Shown in pieces: positions 11,601 to 21,021 of a DNA stretch of 64,000 bases; within the stretch, counting starts at the first letter, position 1, and the number at the start of each line of letters is the position of its first letter. The stretch is from the IMG/VR virus record IMGVR_UViG_3300032086_002413, positions 3,430-67,429 of that record; one strand, given 5' to 3'. Under the pieces are notes generated by a model. The model was given only the letters and a program-made list of their open reading frames with translations. It had not been told where the DNA came from and did no database searches. A program made the translations under genes and the position numbers. The DNA is from a virus.

Positions 11601-13399
11601 TTTAAAACACCAGTTTCATCGGAAAAAACAGGTGTCTGTCTATTATATTCATCAGAATATACTACACCTAATTGATAGCTTCTATTTGATTTTACACTAG
11701 TTTTTCTATCGTTCTGTAAAGTGTTTAATTTTACATTAAAAGAAGGATTATTATAAACGTCATAACTCTGTGTGTAATTACCATACATTACTCTATTAGC
11801 TGTAACTTCTTGCGCTTTGGCTTTTCTTGGCACATTATCCCATTGTCTCAACAATTGGTCATTAGCTACTAAAGATTTAATTTGTTCTTTTTTTATTGTA
11901 AAAGAATTATCAAACTCTATTCTTTTTTTAGAGATTAAAATGTATATATTATTGTTTCTTGTTTCTTTAAATATTATTTCAATGTCTTCTACCTCATCAG
12001 AACCTAAATCAAAATCCTCTAATAAAATTTTACGAACTTGATTTATCATGCCATAGTTGTATGCTTCTTTACCGTCGTATTTAAACTCATTATCATTTAC
12101 TTTAAAGTTTGGATAAAAAGCCGGTTGGGTAAAGGGAGAAAAAACAGAGTATTCGCCATTTTTATATTTCCATCTATATGCAAATCTGACAAAAGCTAAT
12201 TCATATATTGGATCTTCTTCTATTAAGTTTACAGTGAACAAGTAGCTTTGACCTATAATATCGTCAGAATCAATATTTGATATTGTTACAGTTATTTTAT
12301 TACCTATATTATCTATAGTTTTTACTCTACATTCTAAAGATAAATCAGCGTCTTCTGTCACAAAACGTACAGACTGGCCTTCATCCCAATTAGGTAGATC
12401 GCCAAAATCACTTATTGTAACTTCATCTCCTACAATTTTATTACTAAAATTAACATTGACTGTTACAGTAGTATTGCCTATAAAGTTTGTATCAAATAAA
12501 GTTATTTTAGGCGCTCTTAACGGTGATTTTTTTATAACAGATATATCGTCTTCTAATATAGGTCTATAATCTATTTTTGTTGTACCTTCTGAGTCTTTGT
12601 ATTTATAAGATATTTGAGTTTGGTTATCTATGTGCCGATAATTTTTAAATTCAGATATATTAATTCTTCTTGGTTGATTTATGCCATCAGTCCAAAATAA
12701 TAAACCGTCAATTATATTTATACCTGTTATTAAGTTATTTTTAGAAAAATTTAAAAAACCAGATTCAGAATAAGTAAATTTAACTTCTATATTACCGTAG
12801 TGTTTTCCGTTATATGGAATATTTTTAAATTCAATACTTTCATTGTTATTATTTAAAACAGTAGTGTTTTTAGGTACAGATATTTTTAAATTTAACTCTT
12901 CTACGCTTATGTCAACATTGCTATACACAAGGCCATATGTTTGTGTATTTTCACTTGTTGCTTTTAATAATGGTTTACCTAGTATACTGTTAAATTCTAA
13001 TTCTTTGTAGTTAAAAGAAAGTTCTCCTTCTGTGTTAGAATACAAAGACATGTTTTTTATAGTGCGTACACTTGTTGTTTTTTCGTCTAGTAATATCGGT
13101 TTTACTTCTTGTGTTTTTTCATCATACTCGTATATAGCGTCTAGTATATCTGATGTTGTCAACCAATATATTTTATTGTTCTTAGTATCAGATACACTTC
13201 CTAAAGTCTTAGCACCAGTTAAATTTAAATCAGATAAAAGCTCATTACCTAAAGTGTTTTCAATTGATCCTACATCTGACCCTTCTGAAGAAGAAATTTG
13301 TATGTTTAATGCATCAATATACTCACCGTTAGGCACAAGACGATCATCAAGATCTTTGTTCATTCTGCCGGATGTAAAAGTATGTTTGAGTTCCGCCAT
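5624..13399 (-). CDS. Tail stabilisation/muzzle protein (P22 gp10-like) with long C-terminal extension
   Basis: N-terminal F-x-x-G-R-M-N-K-D-L-D-x-R-L-V-P-N-G-E-Y-x-D-A-L-N, LLFWTDG-x-NQPRRIN, GNGVESNRIRDDFN, YGISTNPESFA, YFADKSRGVVIRLS motifs of crAss-like stabilisation proteins. Confidence 0.8.
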   Translation of the reverse strand: MAELKHTFTSGRMNKDLDDRLVPNGEYIDALNIQISSSEGSDVGSIENTLGNELLSDLNLTGAKTLGSVSDTKNNKIYWLTTSDILDAIYEYDEKTQEVKPILLDEKTTSVRTIKNMSLYSNTEGELSFNYKELEFNSILGKPLLKATSENTQTYGLVYSNVDISVEELNLKISVPKNTTVLNNNNESIEFKNIPYNGKHYGNIEVKFTYSESGFLNFSKNNLITGINIIDGLLFWTDGINQPRRINISEFKNYRHIDNQTQISYKYKDSEGTTKIDYRPILEDDISVIKKSPLRAPKITLFDTNFIGNTTVTVNVNFSNKIVGDEVTISDFGDLPNWDEGQSVRFVTEDADLSLECRVKTIDNIGNKITVTISNIDSDDIIGQSYLFTVNLIEEDPIYELAFVRFAYRWKYKNGEYSVFSPFTQPAFYPNFKVNDNEFKYDGKEAYNYGMINQVRKILLEDFDLGSDEVEDIEIIFKETRNNNIYILISKKRIEFDNSFTIKKEQIKSLVANDQLLRQWDNVPRKAKAQEVTANRVMYGNYTQSYDVYNNPSFNVKLNTLQNDRKTSVKSNRSYQLGVVYSDEYNRQTPVFSDETGVLNVPKSKAQTQNKISASITSSPPAWATHYRYFIKETSGEYYNLAADRFYNDVENGFMYISFPSSERNKVTEDNYLLLKKSHGDNTAVTSDDNRYKIIDISAEPPEFITARKRVVRSLGNIVFTDDYKGSGGGVTITNKDDASNAAPLKDRAEIQIKQANGSSDGVELNETKEIRPGRFISFEYLGKESKPYEVKRLLQDPAGSNEIKIIFQEPFGDDVEIIYNKTTGNLGDPSTNAGVAMNILEEYTAAGDKEFDGRFFIKLKSNSTLVNSIITQEIGGKSYLVKFDFNMIGIYSKYDANGTGRSGANTWKNVNRGKDSASDNPRNDFLIGKGGTAVPGSSYETGKRHEAGGIEYNITVEASTRRRNSEVDKLAKLAKVGNFVRFVNPDGTPHHDKIYEIGQTLVSAYATKHGGNLATKRRSYTELHFRFVDEDGEFQPLVKDVVKRGDDTWKNEPRMEILEERVEENLVVKEPSIFETEPLESKTELNIYYEASDILPIDQHASEYKLNWYNCISFGNGVESNRIRDDFNAIFIDNGVKASTVLDEPYREEQKFNSLIWSGIINSRSGVNRSNEFNMANPITKDFLPSYGSVQKLHAWDDSMVVICEDKTLRVLANKSALYNANGSSNLISDSRVIGDPIEYNGDYGISTNPESFASHGFRCYFADKSRGVVIRLSKDGISPISSHYMNSFFRQRLFSAETFYGSYDARKKLYNISFDGLDTVCFSEDVSGWVTRASFIPENAVYLNNIYYTYLNGELWRHDSENVFRNNFYGTQYNSQVEFIINDDPSVIKKYRTLGYEGTSSWVAKEIKTDQVKGKETTFEPKENKYFANITQENKNINTLDQKNFSTQGIGRSIRKPNELDYDVTVGAQDLDDFNVKINDGTSWSSNIIQNIEIKQDGSIDDIQIIVFPNDGYIIEKTQFTTPSDLITVENSDPNVVVKVKGEYLESLNPSDGQTVYITLSGKTVLRPIKVSGNYTIEGFFISDTVGNGSYTITEDPKTVQIINTRIIKPNDGYYINVEDVTVNNNLISISKDKRGKGYIHVVESLVVPNDDTINLDYTIKVTANEIIIPDKVIFTKKLSVDPISNDGETRTITLSGEAEAEFELIFKEGSSVIKKIDGSIPPSSLKYSCDLIFPAGDTAQTYTVELKTKSGSVFSDTFGDETITLNRPLRTINDIIFTVNLGNKITTAQSSTNKPLIVSGYSEDEANIDFTFSYTLDGTGYSLSKVPVMADIIRNSNETETNITFNTFTLTTATNDTLLIKGKLTSNNFIQNENFELDIDSILDKNVTITFAYSNTIAGGAATSNYTIAGHNGATIPYTLTAKAGKTFTGISNYYFTLTAAAGYKSKTTFTNLIPFKIYDASNNDVTSTFANNDKVSFAAISPVTVGFRNKPFTAPTSNQTYTIRPLEEIFTAKVGVEIRAHIRFATKLKASGFTYINGSTGAGYINSYQSHVGGATFEMSNTNQRALHNIEKFARAEGITQKNSSPSGQPNFISGYASQNTTSSTFSDRTTGMYYILDGSNSNKLLQHVLTLPNKLFYWWDTDNTSSSKYNITNLGSYFTKATAGTYTDIFGDQKTITDTFEISSDGKTLTINMIVNFNDTDVGNTYYKPELTLTVKNDYPGAFNKFLIKKGDYSYKNDPCSLIHDDAIKFEEALCVDDTINKGSFVYQRTPDGDLLYVGHYNPTYVKDNPNILYGNHSEISNGGQNSVPTGHYSFIQGEMPVFFEETNCSLTPFNENPKITVDTIQNWIKSTPSNKGGVIYNKTVTFKNTSYKNKEVTLKGTYADIRYANYANVQNNKNRNGTNYLLNVTTTQYPKGVPAQVAIESCETHEWEVVDPVNNTWQAKIQFDKNGYATVNFGIQQYNNISVNGLALFSDQLVDKNGRTLQEAESLSQNDRINWWDQCGILFSTITHQPEPVYLADYSIKPPDFVFKGTYQKYKDYPENSNYPTLFTVNIGDNRATVEAAKSTMWENPYEGDMPLPPKNQ

Positions 13400-14292
13400 T
13401 AGTGTTTAATTTGTTTTGATTTACCTCGCATAGTCTGCGTGAGATCCTCTATATTGATGTTTGCTAATCTAAGTTTAGCGCTGCGCATTGCAGCTCTTTT
13501 TTCTTTTTTAACTCTATTAACAATATATTCAGGTATGTTTGATTTAGCTGTGATAATACCGTGTGCAATAAACTTATACACAGCTTCTTCAGCATATTTA
13601 TGAACTTTCATGTCTTGTTCATTGTTTAACCCATCACTTACATATTTTATGATAATAACTTTATTTTTTACCCCACTACTAAAAGATATGACACCTCTAT
13701 GTTTATCTATAATGAAAACATCATTTTTACTAGCTGTAGATGGATCTATACCATATCTTTTACCATAATCAACATTGTATCCATAACCTTCTTCTAAATA
13801 AGTTATTTCGGACGCATCTTGCAAGTTTGTTTTGTTATTATCACTTGATTTAAATCTTTTTATTGCTTCAGACTCTTTACCAAGTAATAACTCACCTTTG
13901 TCATCGTACAAGTAGTTGTAATCTTCATCTTGTAATATAGGAGATGGTGCAGTTGTTAATGTAGATGGTTTTAAAGGTCTTTCTATACCAGCATCGTCTA
14001 AACAAGTTATTCTAACATAACTTACAAAATCATGTGGTATAGGTATAGACATAGAAGGAGGTATCTCTACCTCTATATGTTTGACTTCGTCTGTAGTATC
14101 ATAACTGAGCTCTTGTATTGCTCTTTGTGCATGATATGATACTTCTAATCTTTTTGCTTGTTTTATAATTTTATCATCACCAACTTGTGACACCATAAAG
14201 TTAGCAACAATATCATCAAGAGTAATAAATTGATAATACCCATGATTTTTACTATTATAATATTCTTTCGGAGTGTATTGTTGTAGTGCCAT
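13399..14292 (-). CDS. Tail ring/tubular protein
   Basis: 297 aa, RAIQELSYD, IPHDFVSYVRI, YVSDG motifs; located between ring gene and muzzle. Confidence 0.65.
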   Translation of the reverse strand: MALQQYTPKEYYNSKNHGYYQFITLDDIVANFMVSQVGDDKIIKQAKRLEVSYHAQRAIQELSYDTTDEVKHIEVEIPPSMSIPIPHDFVSYVRITCLDDAGIERPLKPSTLTTAPSPILQDEDYNYLYDDKGELLLGKESEAIKRFKSSDNNKTNLQDASEITYLEEGYGYNVDYGKRYGIDPSTASKNDVFIIDKHRGVISFSSGVKNKVIIIKYVSDGLNNEQDMKVHKYAEEAVYKFIAHGIITAKSNIPEYIVNRVKKEKRAAMRSAKLRLANINIEDLTQTMRGKSKQIKH

Positions 14293-14295
14293 CTA

Positions 14296-14973
14296 TTATG
14301 ATTTTTCTTTTTGTGTTTTTATAGTATCTTTTTGCTCTGCTACTTGACTTATATCAGCTTGTTTTATTACAAGACCTGCATAGCTAAGAACTTTATATAC
14401 AACTGTTGTTTCATCAGATTCATGTAACTCAAAATTAGTAGAACTTGTAGAGTCATACTTAGCAATATTAGATACGTTTACATAATTCCATTTTGCCTCA
14501 GATGGCTTTTTAATAAAACTACAAGAGACATTACTTAATGATGTCGGATATACTGTAAGCTGATTACCATTTCTAATGTAAACAGGTTTTTTAGTATCTG
14601 GTTTGGTTAGTTTTGAAGCATTTATATGTAGAAAGTCGTTTTGATCTATGGATTCAACTTCATGACTACCTGAATACACGGTACCTAAACGATATAAATT
14701 ACTTGGCAATGTGAATACTGAGTTTGCCTTTGTTATAGAAGCGGTTGTTCTAAATAAATTTATTTTTTCTTTTATGTTGTTTACTATGTTAGCATATTCA
14801 TTAGTTATCTCACCAGTTCTATTGAATTGATTAAGATCATAGAAATATTGTTCAAACACTTCTAATTGAGCCTGGTTTGCTAATAGGTTATATTCTTGTG
14901 GTGTCATATAACCTCTATTTTCCTTGTTCAATATAGCTTGAACTCTTTGATATACTGTATCTACGCTAATCAT
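14296..14973 (-). CDS. Tail ring/head-tail adaptor protein (P22 gp4-like)
   Basis: Likely start at ATG 14973 (MISVDTVYQRVQAILNKENRGYMTPQEYN); FELHESDE motif; position after capsid genes. Confidence 0.65.
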   Translation of the reverse strand: MISVDTVYQRVQAILNKENRGYMTPQEYNLLANQAQLEVFEQYFYDLNQFNRTGEITNEYANIVNNIKEKINLFRTTASITKANSVFTLPSNLYRLGTVYSGSHEVESIDQNDFLHINASKLTKPDTKKPVYIRNGNQLTVYPTSLSNVSCSFIKKPSEAKWNYVNVSNIAKYDSTSSTNFELHESDETTVVYKVLSYAGLVIKQADISQVAEQKDTIKTQKEKS

Positions 14974-15030
14974 AATATATTTTTTATAGAAGTTAAGCCG
15001 CATTATAGCGGCCTAACCACTATATTTAAG

Positions 15031-15798
15031 CTATTTAAGTTTTTTCTCAATAGACTTGTAAATATCTGTTCCTTCGTCTGTTTTGAAAAACGCTGCTAAT
15101 GCAGAATATGGATTTTCATCATAAGGTACAGTCATTACTTTTTTGTTATTCTTTGGCCAAAAAAAGCTTCTTTGATCCTGTGATAACATTATAATACCAG
15201 CTTCAACGGCTTTAATACCGTGGTTTCTAAGCTGTACGTTTTCATCATTTACTAATTCTAAAAACAAAGATGGTTGAGATTTAGCAAAAAGAAGTGTATC
15301 TCTTTTTATTTCAGCTGTAGTCATAGAAGAAACACTTGTTCCTTGTTCTACTCTTAAAACAGCTTCAGCGTGATCTATATCCATACTTTTAGCCATTATT
15401 AAAGCTTCAATCTCTTGTTCTAAATCTACTAAATCATCTTTAGCTTCTTCTTGTGGATCTAGTTCTTGATATATAACGTTTTTTCCTGGATGATATAAGG
15501 ATAACAGTTTTTGTAATCCTTGATCTGATTTAGGTACAAACAAAAAACCATCCCTAAAAACAATATGATTTAATGTTGATCTACCCTTTTGTTCGTCTCT
15601 AAAAGGAGACTTTTGATTTGAAGCATAACGCAGTTCTCGTGAGAAACCTTGCACTTCATCAAACCATAATAGCGGTGTTCTAGCATGGTGTCTAGACGCT
15701 AATGTAAATGTGATAGGTGTTTTATTACCTAGTAAAGCATAAGAGCGGTTTTTTAAAACCCACTCATCTTTTTTTTGAGTTATTTTTTTAGTTGCCAT
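15031..15798 (-). CDS. Conserved virion-module protein downstream of MCP
   Basis: 255 aa, RELRYASNQKSPF motif, syntenic position in crAss-like head modules. Confidence 0.5.
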   Translation of the reverse strand: MATKKITQKKDEWVLKNRSYALLGNKTPITFTLASRHHARTPLLWFDEVQGFSRELRYASNQKSPFRDEQKGRSTLNHIVFRDGFLFVPKSDQGLQKLLSLYHPGKNVIYQELDPQEEAKDDLVDLEQEIEALIMAKSMDIDHAEAVLRVEQGTSVSSMTTAEIKRDTLLFAKSQPSLFLELVNDENVQLRNHGIKAVEAGIIMLSQDQRSFFWPKNNKKVMTVPYDENPYSALAAFFKTDEGTDIYKSIEKKLK

Positions 15799-15817
15799 AA
15801 TATGATATAATATAATT

Positions 15818-15866
15818 AAAAAAAAGTAAGAATTACCCCTGAAAATACATCAGGGGTAAATCCTAC
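15818..15866 (-). terminator. Intrinsic terminator after major capsid gene
   Basis: Stem TTACCCCTGA/TCAGGGGTAA followed on the minus strand by a T-run (15818-15825). Confidence 0.7.
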
Positions 15867-15877
15867 AAAAATAAATA

Positions 15878-17350
15878 TTAAGCTACTTGTGAAGCAGTCT
15901 TAAATAGTACGAAGTTATTAGCTCCTTGAACACACAAACATCTTTCAGACAAGAAGTGTACATTCATTTCATCTACATCAGAAGTATAAACTCCACCTAC
16001 AGATCCAGTGATCCAAGATTTCATTTTACGATCATCAGCTTCAGAAGCTCGATAACGTACGTGTAAGAATGGTCGCTTGATATTTTTACCAAGTGATTGA
16101 TCATATACTGTAGAAGTACCAGCGGGTACAAGTACACCATCAATATTTCCACCTAAACCACGAGTCGTAGCATCGTTAAGATATTTCCAGTCAGTTTTGT
16201 AGAAGTCATAAGAACCTCTGCGGAAACCGCTAAATCCTAAGTTAAGTGCCATATCTTCACTATTGTTGAATACACCAAAAGATGATCCACCATTATAATG
16301 AGCATTAACAGCTCCTAACATATCATCAAATGCTAGCGCAGTAGCACGATTTAAGAAAAGCATGTTTTCTTCAATAGCACCTTGCTTGTCTAGATTTTTT
16401 AGAATTTCATCAAAATCTTTTAATCCACTACGAGGACTACCATCAGAGTTATCTAATCCGTCTTCTCCAGAGTTAAAGTTTTGATAAATATTTCCTCTTG
16501 ACTCAATAGCAGCAAACATACCTTCAGTACCTTTGAAACTAGCACCAATTGCGCCAGATCCAGAAGCTGCAAGCTCACCTTCAACCATTGACATTTCAAG
16601 ATAATCTTCAAATCGTAAACGTGTTTCATGCTCAGATTTTAAGTACCATAGGTATCCTGATGCACCGTTTTCAGTAGTAACCTCAACCCAGCCAATTTGC
16701 GCAGCATCAGAACCAGAGATAGAATATTTATCTTTGATAATGATTGGCGAGTTACTGAATTGTTGGAAACCAGCATCTACAGATCCATCCATACCAGCTG
16801 TACCTTTTTTAAATTCTGAACCATATACAAATACTTTTACAGTAACAGCAGTTCCAGAAGTAAGTCCAGCAGCAGTAAGAGTAGCACCACCATAAGCAAG
16901 TACAGTAAATGTGTTAGTATCTACAGCAGATACAACACCTTTAACTACTTTATCAGCAGTCCAAGTTACACCGTCATTAGGATGTGTACCTGCTTCAATA
17001 ACAGAAACTGTTTGACCAACTCTAATAGAGTGATCATTTTGTGTAATAACACCAGTTGTAGTATTAGCAGAAGCAGCATCGTAAGCGATGTGTAATCTTC
17101 CTTGCTCTGACCAAATAACTTGATCTGAAGCAGAAGGAATCTCAGCTCCTACCATACGTAAAAATGAAGCTACAGAACGATTTCCATATCGCTCAACTTC
17201 TTTTTCATATACGTCAGGTAAAAACTGTTGTGCAAAAGTACCTCCTCCTGAACCAGAGTCAAAAGTAAGGTAGTTAGTTCCAAATAATGATTTGGTGGGC
17301 GCAGGAGTAAGTCCCGCGGGGAACGATCCACCGGTTTTTAATAATCCCAT
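15878..17350 (-). CDS. Major capsid protein
   Basis: 490 aa after portal and scaffold; YGNRSVASFLRMVGAE, WSEQGRLH, FRRGSYDFYKTDWKYLN; strongly biased codon use; own terminator. Confidence 0.85.
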   Translation of the reverse strand: MGLLKTGGSFPAGLTPAPTKSLFGTNYLTFDSGSGGGTFAQQFLPDVYEKEVERYGNRSVASFLRMVGAEIPSASDQVIWSEQGRLHIAYDAASANTTTGVITQNDHSIRVGQTVSVIEAGTHPNDGVTWTADKVVKGVVSAVDTNTFTVLAYGGATLTAAGLTSGTAVTVKVFVYGSEFKKGTAGMDGSVDAGFQQFSNSPIIIKDKYSISGSDAAQIGWVEVTTENGASGYLWYLKSEHETRLRFEDYLEMSMVEGELAASGSGAIGASFKGTEGMFAAIESRGNIYQNFNSGEDGLDNSDGSPRSGLKDFDEILKNLDKQGAIEENMLFLNRATALAFDDMLGAVNAHYNGGSSFGVFNNSEDMALNLGFSGFRRGSYDFYKTDWKYLNDATTRGLGGNIDGVLVPAGTSTVYDQSLGKNIKRPFLHVRYRASEADDRKMKSWITGSVGGVYTSDVDEMNVHFLSERCLCVQGANNFVLFKTASQVA

Positions 17351-17370
17351 TTTTAAATGTTTTTAAATGT

Positions 17371-18624
17371 TTATTCTCTAATTTTAATTCTCAGTTTTGA
17401 AGTATCTTGACCACTAACTGCACGAACTTTTATACCGCTACTAGTAGTAACACCTTCGTGTTTACCTCTAGGATCTAAATCTATGTTTTTAGATTTTGCC
17501 ATTTGTTGCTTTAGCGCATCGGCTTTACCTTGCTCATAGAAATGATTTGCAATATTATCAGCGTTCATAGCAGTAAATAATGCTTTATGATAACCAGCAG
17601 CATCAGACATCATTTTATTTTCATCAACAAACTTATTGACGAAAGTGTTAATGTCAACCTGGTTTTCTCTAACAGAATTTACATCCTTGACCTTGTATCG
17701 ATAACGATTATCACCAACTTTGAAATCAAAACCTTTGAAATCATTGTTAAATAGTTCATTTGTTTTGTCTTCGAATACAGATCTAGTTTTTTGTGCTAGT
17801 TCTTGATTAAGAGTTTCCTCCTTTTTATAATCCTCATAAAACGAAACCGCTTCCTTTTGTTCAGGCGTTAACTTAGAACTTAACTTAAGTTCGTCGTAAT
17901 ATTTACCTTTCAAGCTATTAAGATGCGATTTAGCTTCAGCTATAGATTCTTTTAAATTTAGTTTTTTACGTTTTATGTCGCGTTCATCATCTATTGATTC
18001 ATCATAACTAAAATTATCCTCCATTAAAAAAGAAACTTCTTCTTCATTAAGGTGTGGCTTTGTTTGTCTATAATATTCTCTTAAAATATCATTATCAGAC
18101 ATGCCACTATAATCTTTATTAAGCTTAACGTAATCCTCTAGTGTTCCACCTGTTTCTTTCATGAAATCAACAAGCTTCTCTATGTTTTCTGGAAGAGACA
18201 TATCTTCCTGATTATTAGTTACATCTTCTTGTTCCTGTTTAAGTTTTTCAGGTATATTATTTATTTTTTCGGCTAATGTAGGTTGTTCTACATTTTCTTC
18301 TTGAACAAGCTCGAGTACTTGCTCTTCATTTTCTTCAGCGGCCCGTACTTCTCCGTCCACTTTTTCGCTATCTGTGGTTTGTTCGCCCACATCCACGCTT
18401 GTTGTTTCTTGCTCTTGAACGGCATCTTCTTCTTGATTAAGTTTAGTAAAATCTACCTTTATTGTGCCATCTTCTTTTACAGTCGTTACACCTTCTGGTA
18501 AAGTGTTTTCTGAAGATTCTTCTACTACTTCTTCTTTAGTTTGTTCTACAGTTTCTTGTTGTTCTTGTTCAACTTGTTGATCAGTAGTCTCTACTGCATC
18601 AACTTCTTTTACTTCTTCTTCCAT
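17371..18624 (-). CDS. Putative scaffolding/head assembly protein
   Basis: Very acidic N-terminus, coiled coil, located between portal and MCP. Confidence 0.6.
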   Translation of the reverse strand: MEEEVKEVDAVETTDQQVEQEQQETVEQTKEEVVEESSENTLPEGVTTVKEDGTIKVDFTKLNQEEDAVQEQETTSVDVGEQTTDSEKVDGEVRAAEENEEQVLELVQEENVEQPTLAEKINNIPEKLKQEQEDVTNNQEDMSLPENIEKLVDFMKETGGTLEDYVKLNKDYSGMSDNDILREYYRQTKPHLNEEEVSFLMEDNFSYDESIDDERDIKRKKLNLKESIAEAKSHLNSLKGKYYDELKLSSKLTPEQKEAVSFYEDYKKEETLNQELAQKTRSVFEDKTNELFNNDFKGFDFKVGDNRYRYKVKDVNSVRENQVDINTFVNKFVDENKMMSDAAGYHKALFTAMNADNIANHFYEQGKADALKQQMAKSKNIDLDPRGKHEGVTTSSGIKVRAVSGQDTSKLRIKIRE

Positions 18625-18653
18625 GATAAAATATTATATAATTAATAAAAAAA

Positions 18654-21020
18654 TTATTTTGGTTCAAATTGTTCTAGGTTGAAACCACTACCCATTGTGT
18701 CATTTCCAGATGATTCAAACTTCATTTTGTCTCTCTGTGTTTGACTATTTTCTTTGTAAATATCTGTTTCTTTTTTAACATCAAACTCTCTATTTTTTAT
18801 AGCCATATTTAATTCAAATTCATATTGCATTAAATCTTTCTTCAACTGTTTTTCAGTTTCCATTCTCCTAGTTTCAAGCTCAGCTTCTGTTTGTACTAAT
18901 TGAAGTTTTTGCTCAGTAATAGCTTGTTGTTTTTGTATCTCAGCTTGCGCAGCAGCTTGTTGCGTTTGAGTATTAGCATCAGCTTGTGCTCTTATATTAG
19001 CTTGCTGCATTTCCTGATCTGTTTGCTGCTTCTTTTTTCTTCTTACTTTTAGCAGTTGATTTGCTAATTTTAAATTCTTTATTTCACGTATATCTATAGC
19101 ATCCTCAAGATATATTTGATCTTTACTAAGTGCAACTTGTATATTATTTTCCAACATTTGTTTTTCTTCTTCATCTGGAGCTAATTCAATAAAAATTCCA
19201 AAATCATACAAATGCATGTCTTTAATATCCTCTAAAGTTCCTACATTAAATCTACCTATAGAACTTATAAACGCATCTCTAGTAGGCGAATATTCTAATA
19301 TATCAGATATACGTAAACTAATACATTCAGCCGTTTGTGCTGTTAAATATAAAGCAGACTGTAATATATGTCTAGTTGCTGTGTTAGAATTAGCTGCTGC
19401 TAACTTTTGAACACCAACCAACGCTTTGGCATCAGGTAAACTTCCGTCTCTAGCTTCATTTAATCCTGTTACATCTCTAATCATACCCATATAATAATTG
19501 TAAGTATTGATTAATGAAGATATTTTGTTATTGCCACCATTAGATGTCAACTCTGTAATAGGAATTTTTGCCGCATTCATATCACCATCTTGAGTGTATG
19601 ATCTACCTATAACAGAACCTGTTTGGAAAAACATGTTTAATGCTTCTTGTGGATTATAATTTGTCCCGTTACCTAAATCTATTTCAGCTAGACCATCAGC
19701 ATCTAAATATACACCATCAGGAATGATACGAGATAATACTTGTTGTAATTTTAAATGTGTAAGCTGTATCATATCAGCAAAACCAGTAATTCTACTAACA
19801 AGTGATTCTATTCTACCTTTATATATTCTAGGTGCAACTATATTGTAATTCAACATTACTTTAGTTGTATCGCTTTTAGGCCTAGTCATATTCTTAGCTA
19901 ATTCCCATTTAAGCATTTTTTTTGTACCTAAAACAAAAACACCATCATAAACAACCTCTATAGATCTACTAATTTTTTCAAAATTACTTCTTGGATCTTT
20001 TGGAGGATTAAACTGATCATCTTTTTCTAACGCTTTATCAGCACCAGTAGCTGTTTTTTTAATTTTAAAAACCTCGTTATTATATGTTTTATAGTTAAAA
20101 TATAATATTTGTATTGTGTTAGCATCTAAAACAGAATCTTCATTTATAAACCTATTATGTGATGCAGACGTTTGTACTCCTTGTTTTGTTAACTCTTTTA
20201 AATCCTCATCTGTAAGATCTGGAAACTGTTGTTTTAACTCGTTGATAGTAACACTTTTAACTTCACCAACATAATAAATATCATCAAAATATGGCGAATG
20301 TGTGTATGAATAAACAATATCTGCTGGATCTACATACTCTACTTTTATACCTTCAGATTTAGTAAAAAAGTTTTTTACACAAGCAATACCTAAAACAGTT
20401 AGATCATAGTTAACTCTTTTTCTAGTTAAATCATATTTGTTTTGATTTAATATAGCGTTTATAGCTTGCTCTTCTGCTATTTCTATAGCTTGCTTATATT
20501 CAGTCTGCATGTGTAACGATAACTCTTCCTCTGTTTCAGGTAAAGTATTTTTATCGTTGCTATACATATTCATACCTAGCTCACCTTCTACTCTATCATT
20601 AAAATCTTTTGCTTGCATGTCAGTAACAATAGATTCAACATAGCTTGTTCTTTCTTTTATAGAAGAAGGATCTTGAGAATACGCTTTTATATCAAATAAC
20701 CTATCAGACATGCCATTTACTACAATATCTACAAACTTTGGAATTATAGGAACTGGTTTCCAGTCTAAATTCAAATAAGATAAATCACCATTTATAGATA
20801 ATTCATCTTTATATTTTTTAACAGATTGTTCACCTCTAGCATAAAGTCTTAACCTGTGATATTCATCACGATTAGAATAAAAACGTGTAGCACCAGAATC
20901 TCTTTTGAACCATTCATGTTCAATAGCCCTAGCTACTTTTAGACCGTATTTAGATCCGGCCTTTTCAGCATCACTTGCGATCTGACTAGGAAATGAACTT
21001 TTTAATATTGTTTCAGCCAT
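18654..21020 (-). CDS. Portal protein
   Basis: 788 aa after terminase; LRLYARGEQS, NLDWKPVPIIPKFVDIVVNG, IRDVTGLNEARDG, Gln-rich C-terminal coil. Confidence 0.85.
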   Translation of the reverse strand: MAETILKSSFPSQIASDAEKAGSKYGLKVARAIEHEWFKRDSGATRFYSNRDEYHRLRLYARGEQSVKKYKDELSINGDLSYLNLDWKPVPIIPKFVDIVVNGMSDRLFDIKAYSQDPSSIKERTSYVESIVTDMQAKDFNDRVEGELGMNMYSNDKNTLPETEEELSLHMQTEYKQAIEIAEEQAINAILNQNKYDLTRKRVNYDLTVLGIACVKNFFTKSEGIKVEYVDPADIVYSYTHSPYFDDIYYVGEVKSVTINELKQQFPDLTDEDLKELTKQGVQTSASHNRFINEDSVLDANTIQILYFNYKTYNNEVFKIKKTATGADKALEKDDQFNPPKDPRSNFEKISRSIEVVYDGVFVLGTKKMLKWELAKNMTRPKSDTTKVMLNYNIVAPRIYKGRIESLVSRITGFADMIQLTHLKLQQVLSRIIPDGVYLDADGLAEIDLGNGTNYNPQEALNMFFQTGSVIGRSYTQDGDMNAAKIPITELTSNGGNNKISSLINTYNYYMGMIRDVTGLNEARDGSLPDAKALVGVQKLAAANSNTATRHILQSALYLTAQTAECISLRISDILEYSPTRDAFISSIGRFNVGTLEDIKDMHLYDFGIFIELAPDEEEKQMLENNIQVALSKDQIYLEDAIDIREIKNLKLANQLLKVRRKKKQQTDQEMQQANIRAQADANTQTQQAAAQAEIQKQQAITEQKLQLVQTEAELETRRMETEKQLKKDLMQYEFELNMAIKNREFDVKKETDIYKENSQTQRDKMKFESSGNDTMGSGFNLEQFEPK

Positions 21021-21021
21021 G

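Noticed and set aside
14992-15017. Hairpin GTTAAGCCGC/GCGGCCTAAC as terminator
   Set aside because: No convincing U-tract on the coding (minus) strand; may be a processing or stability hairpin
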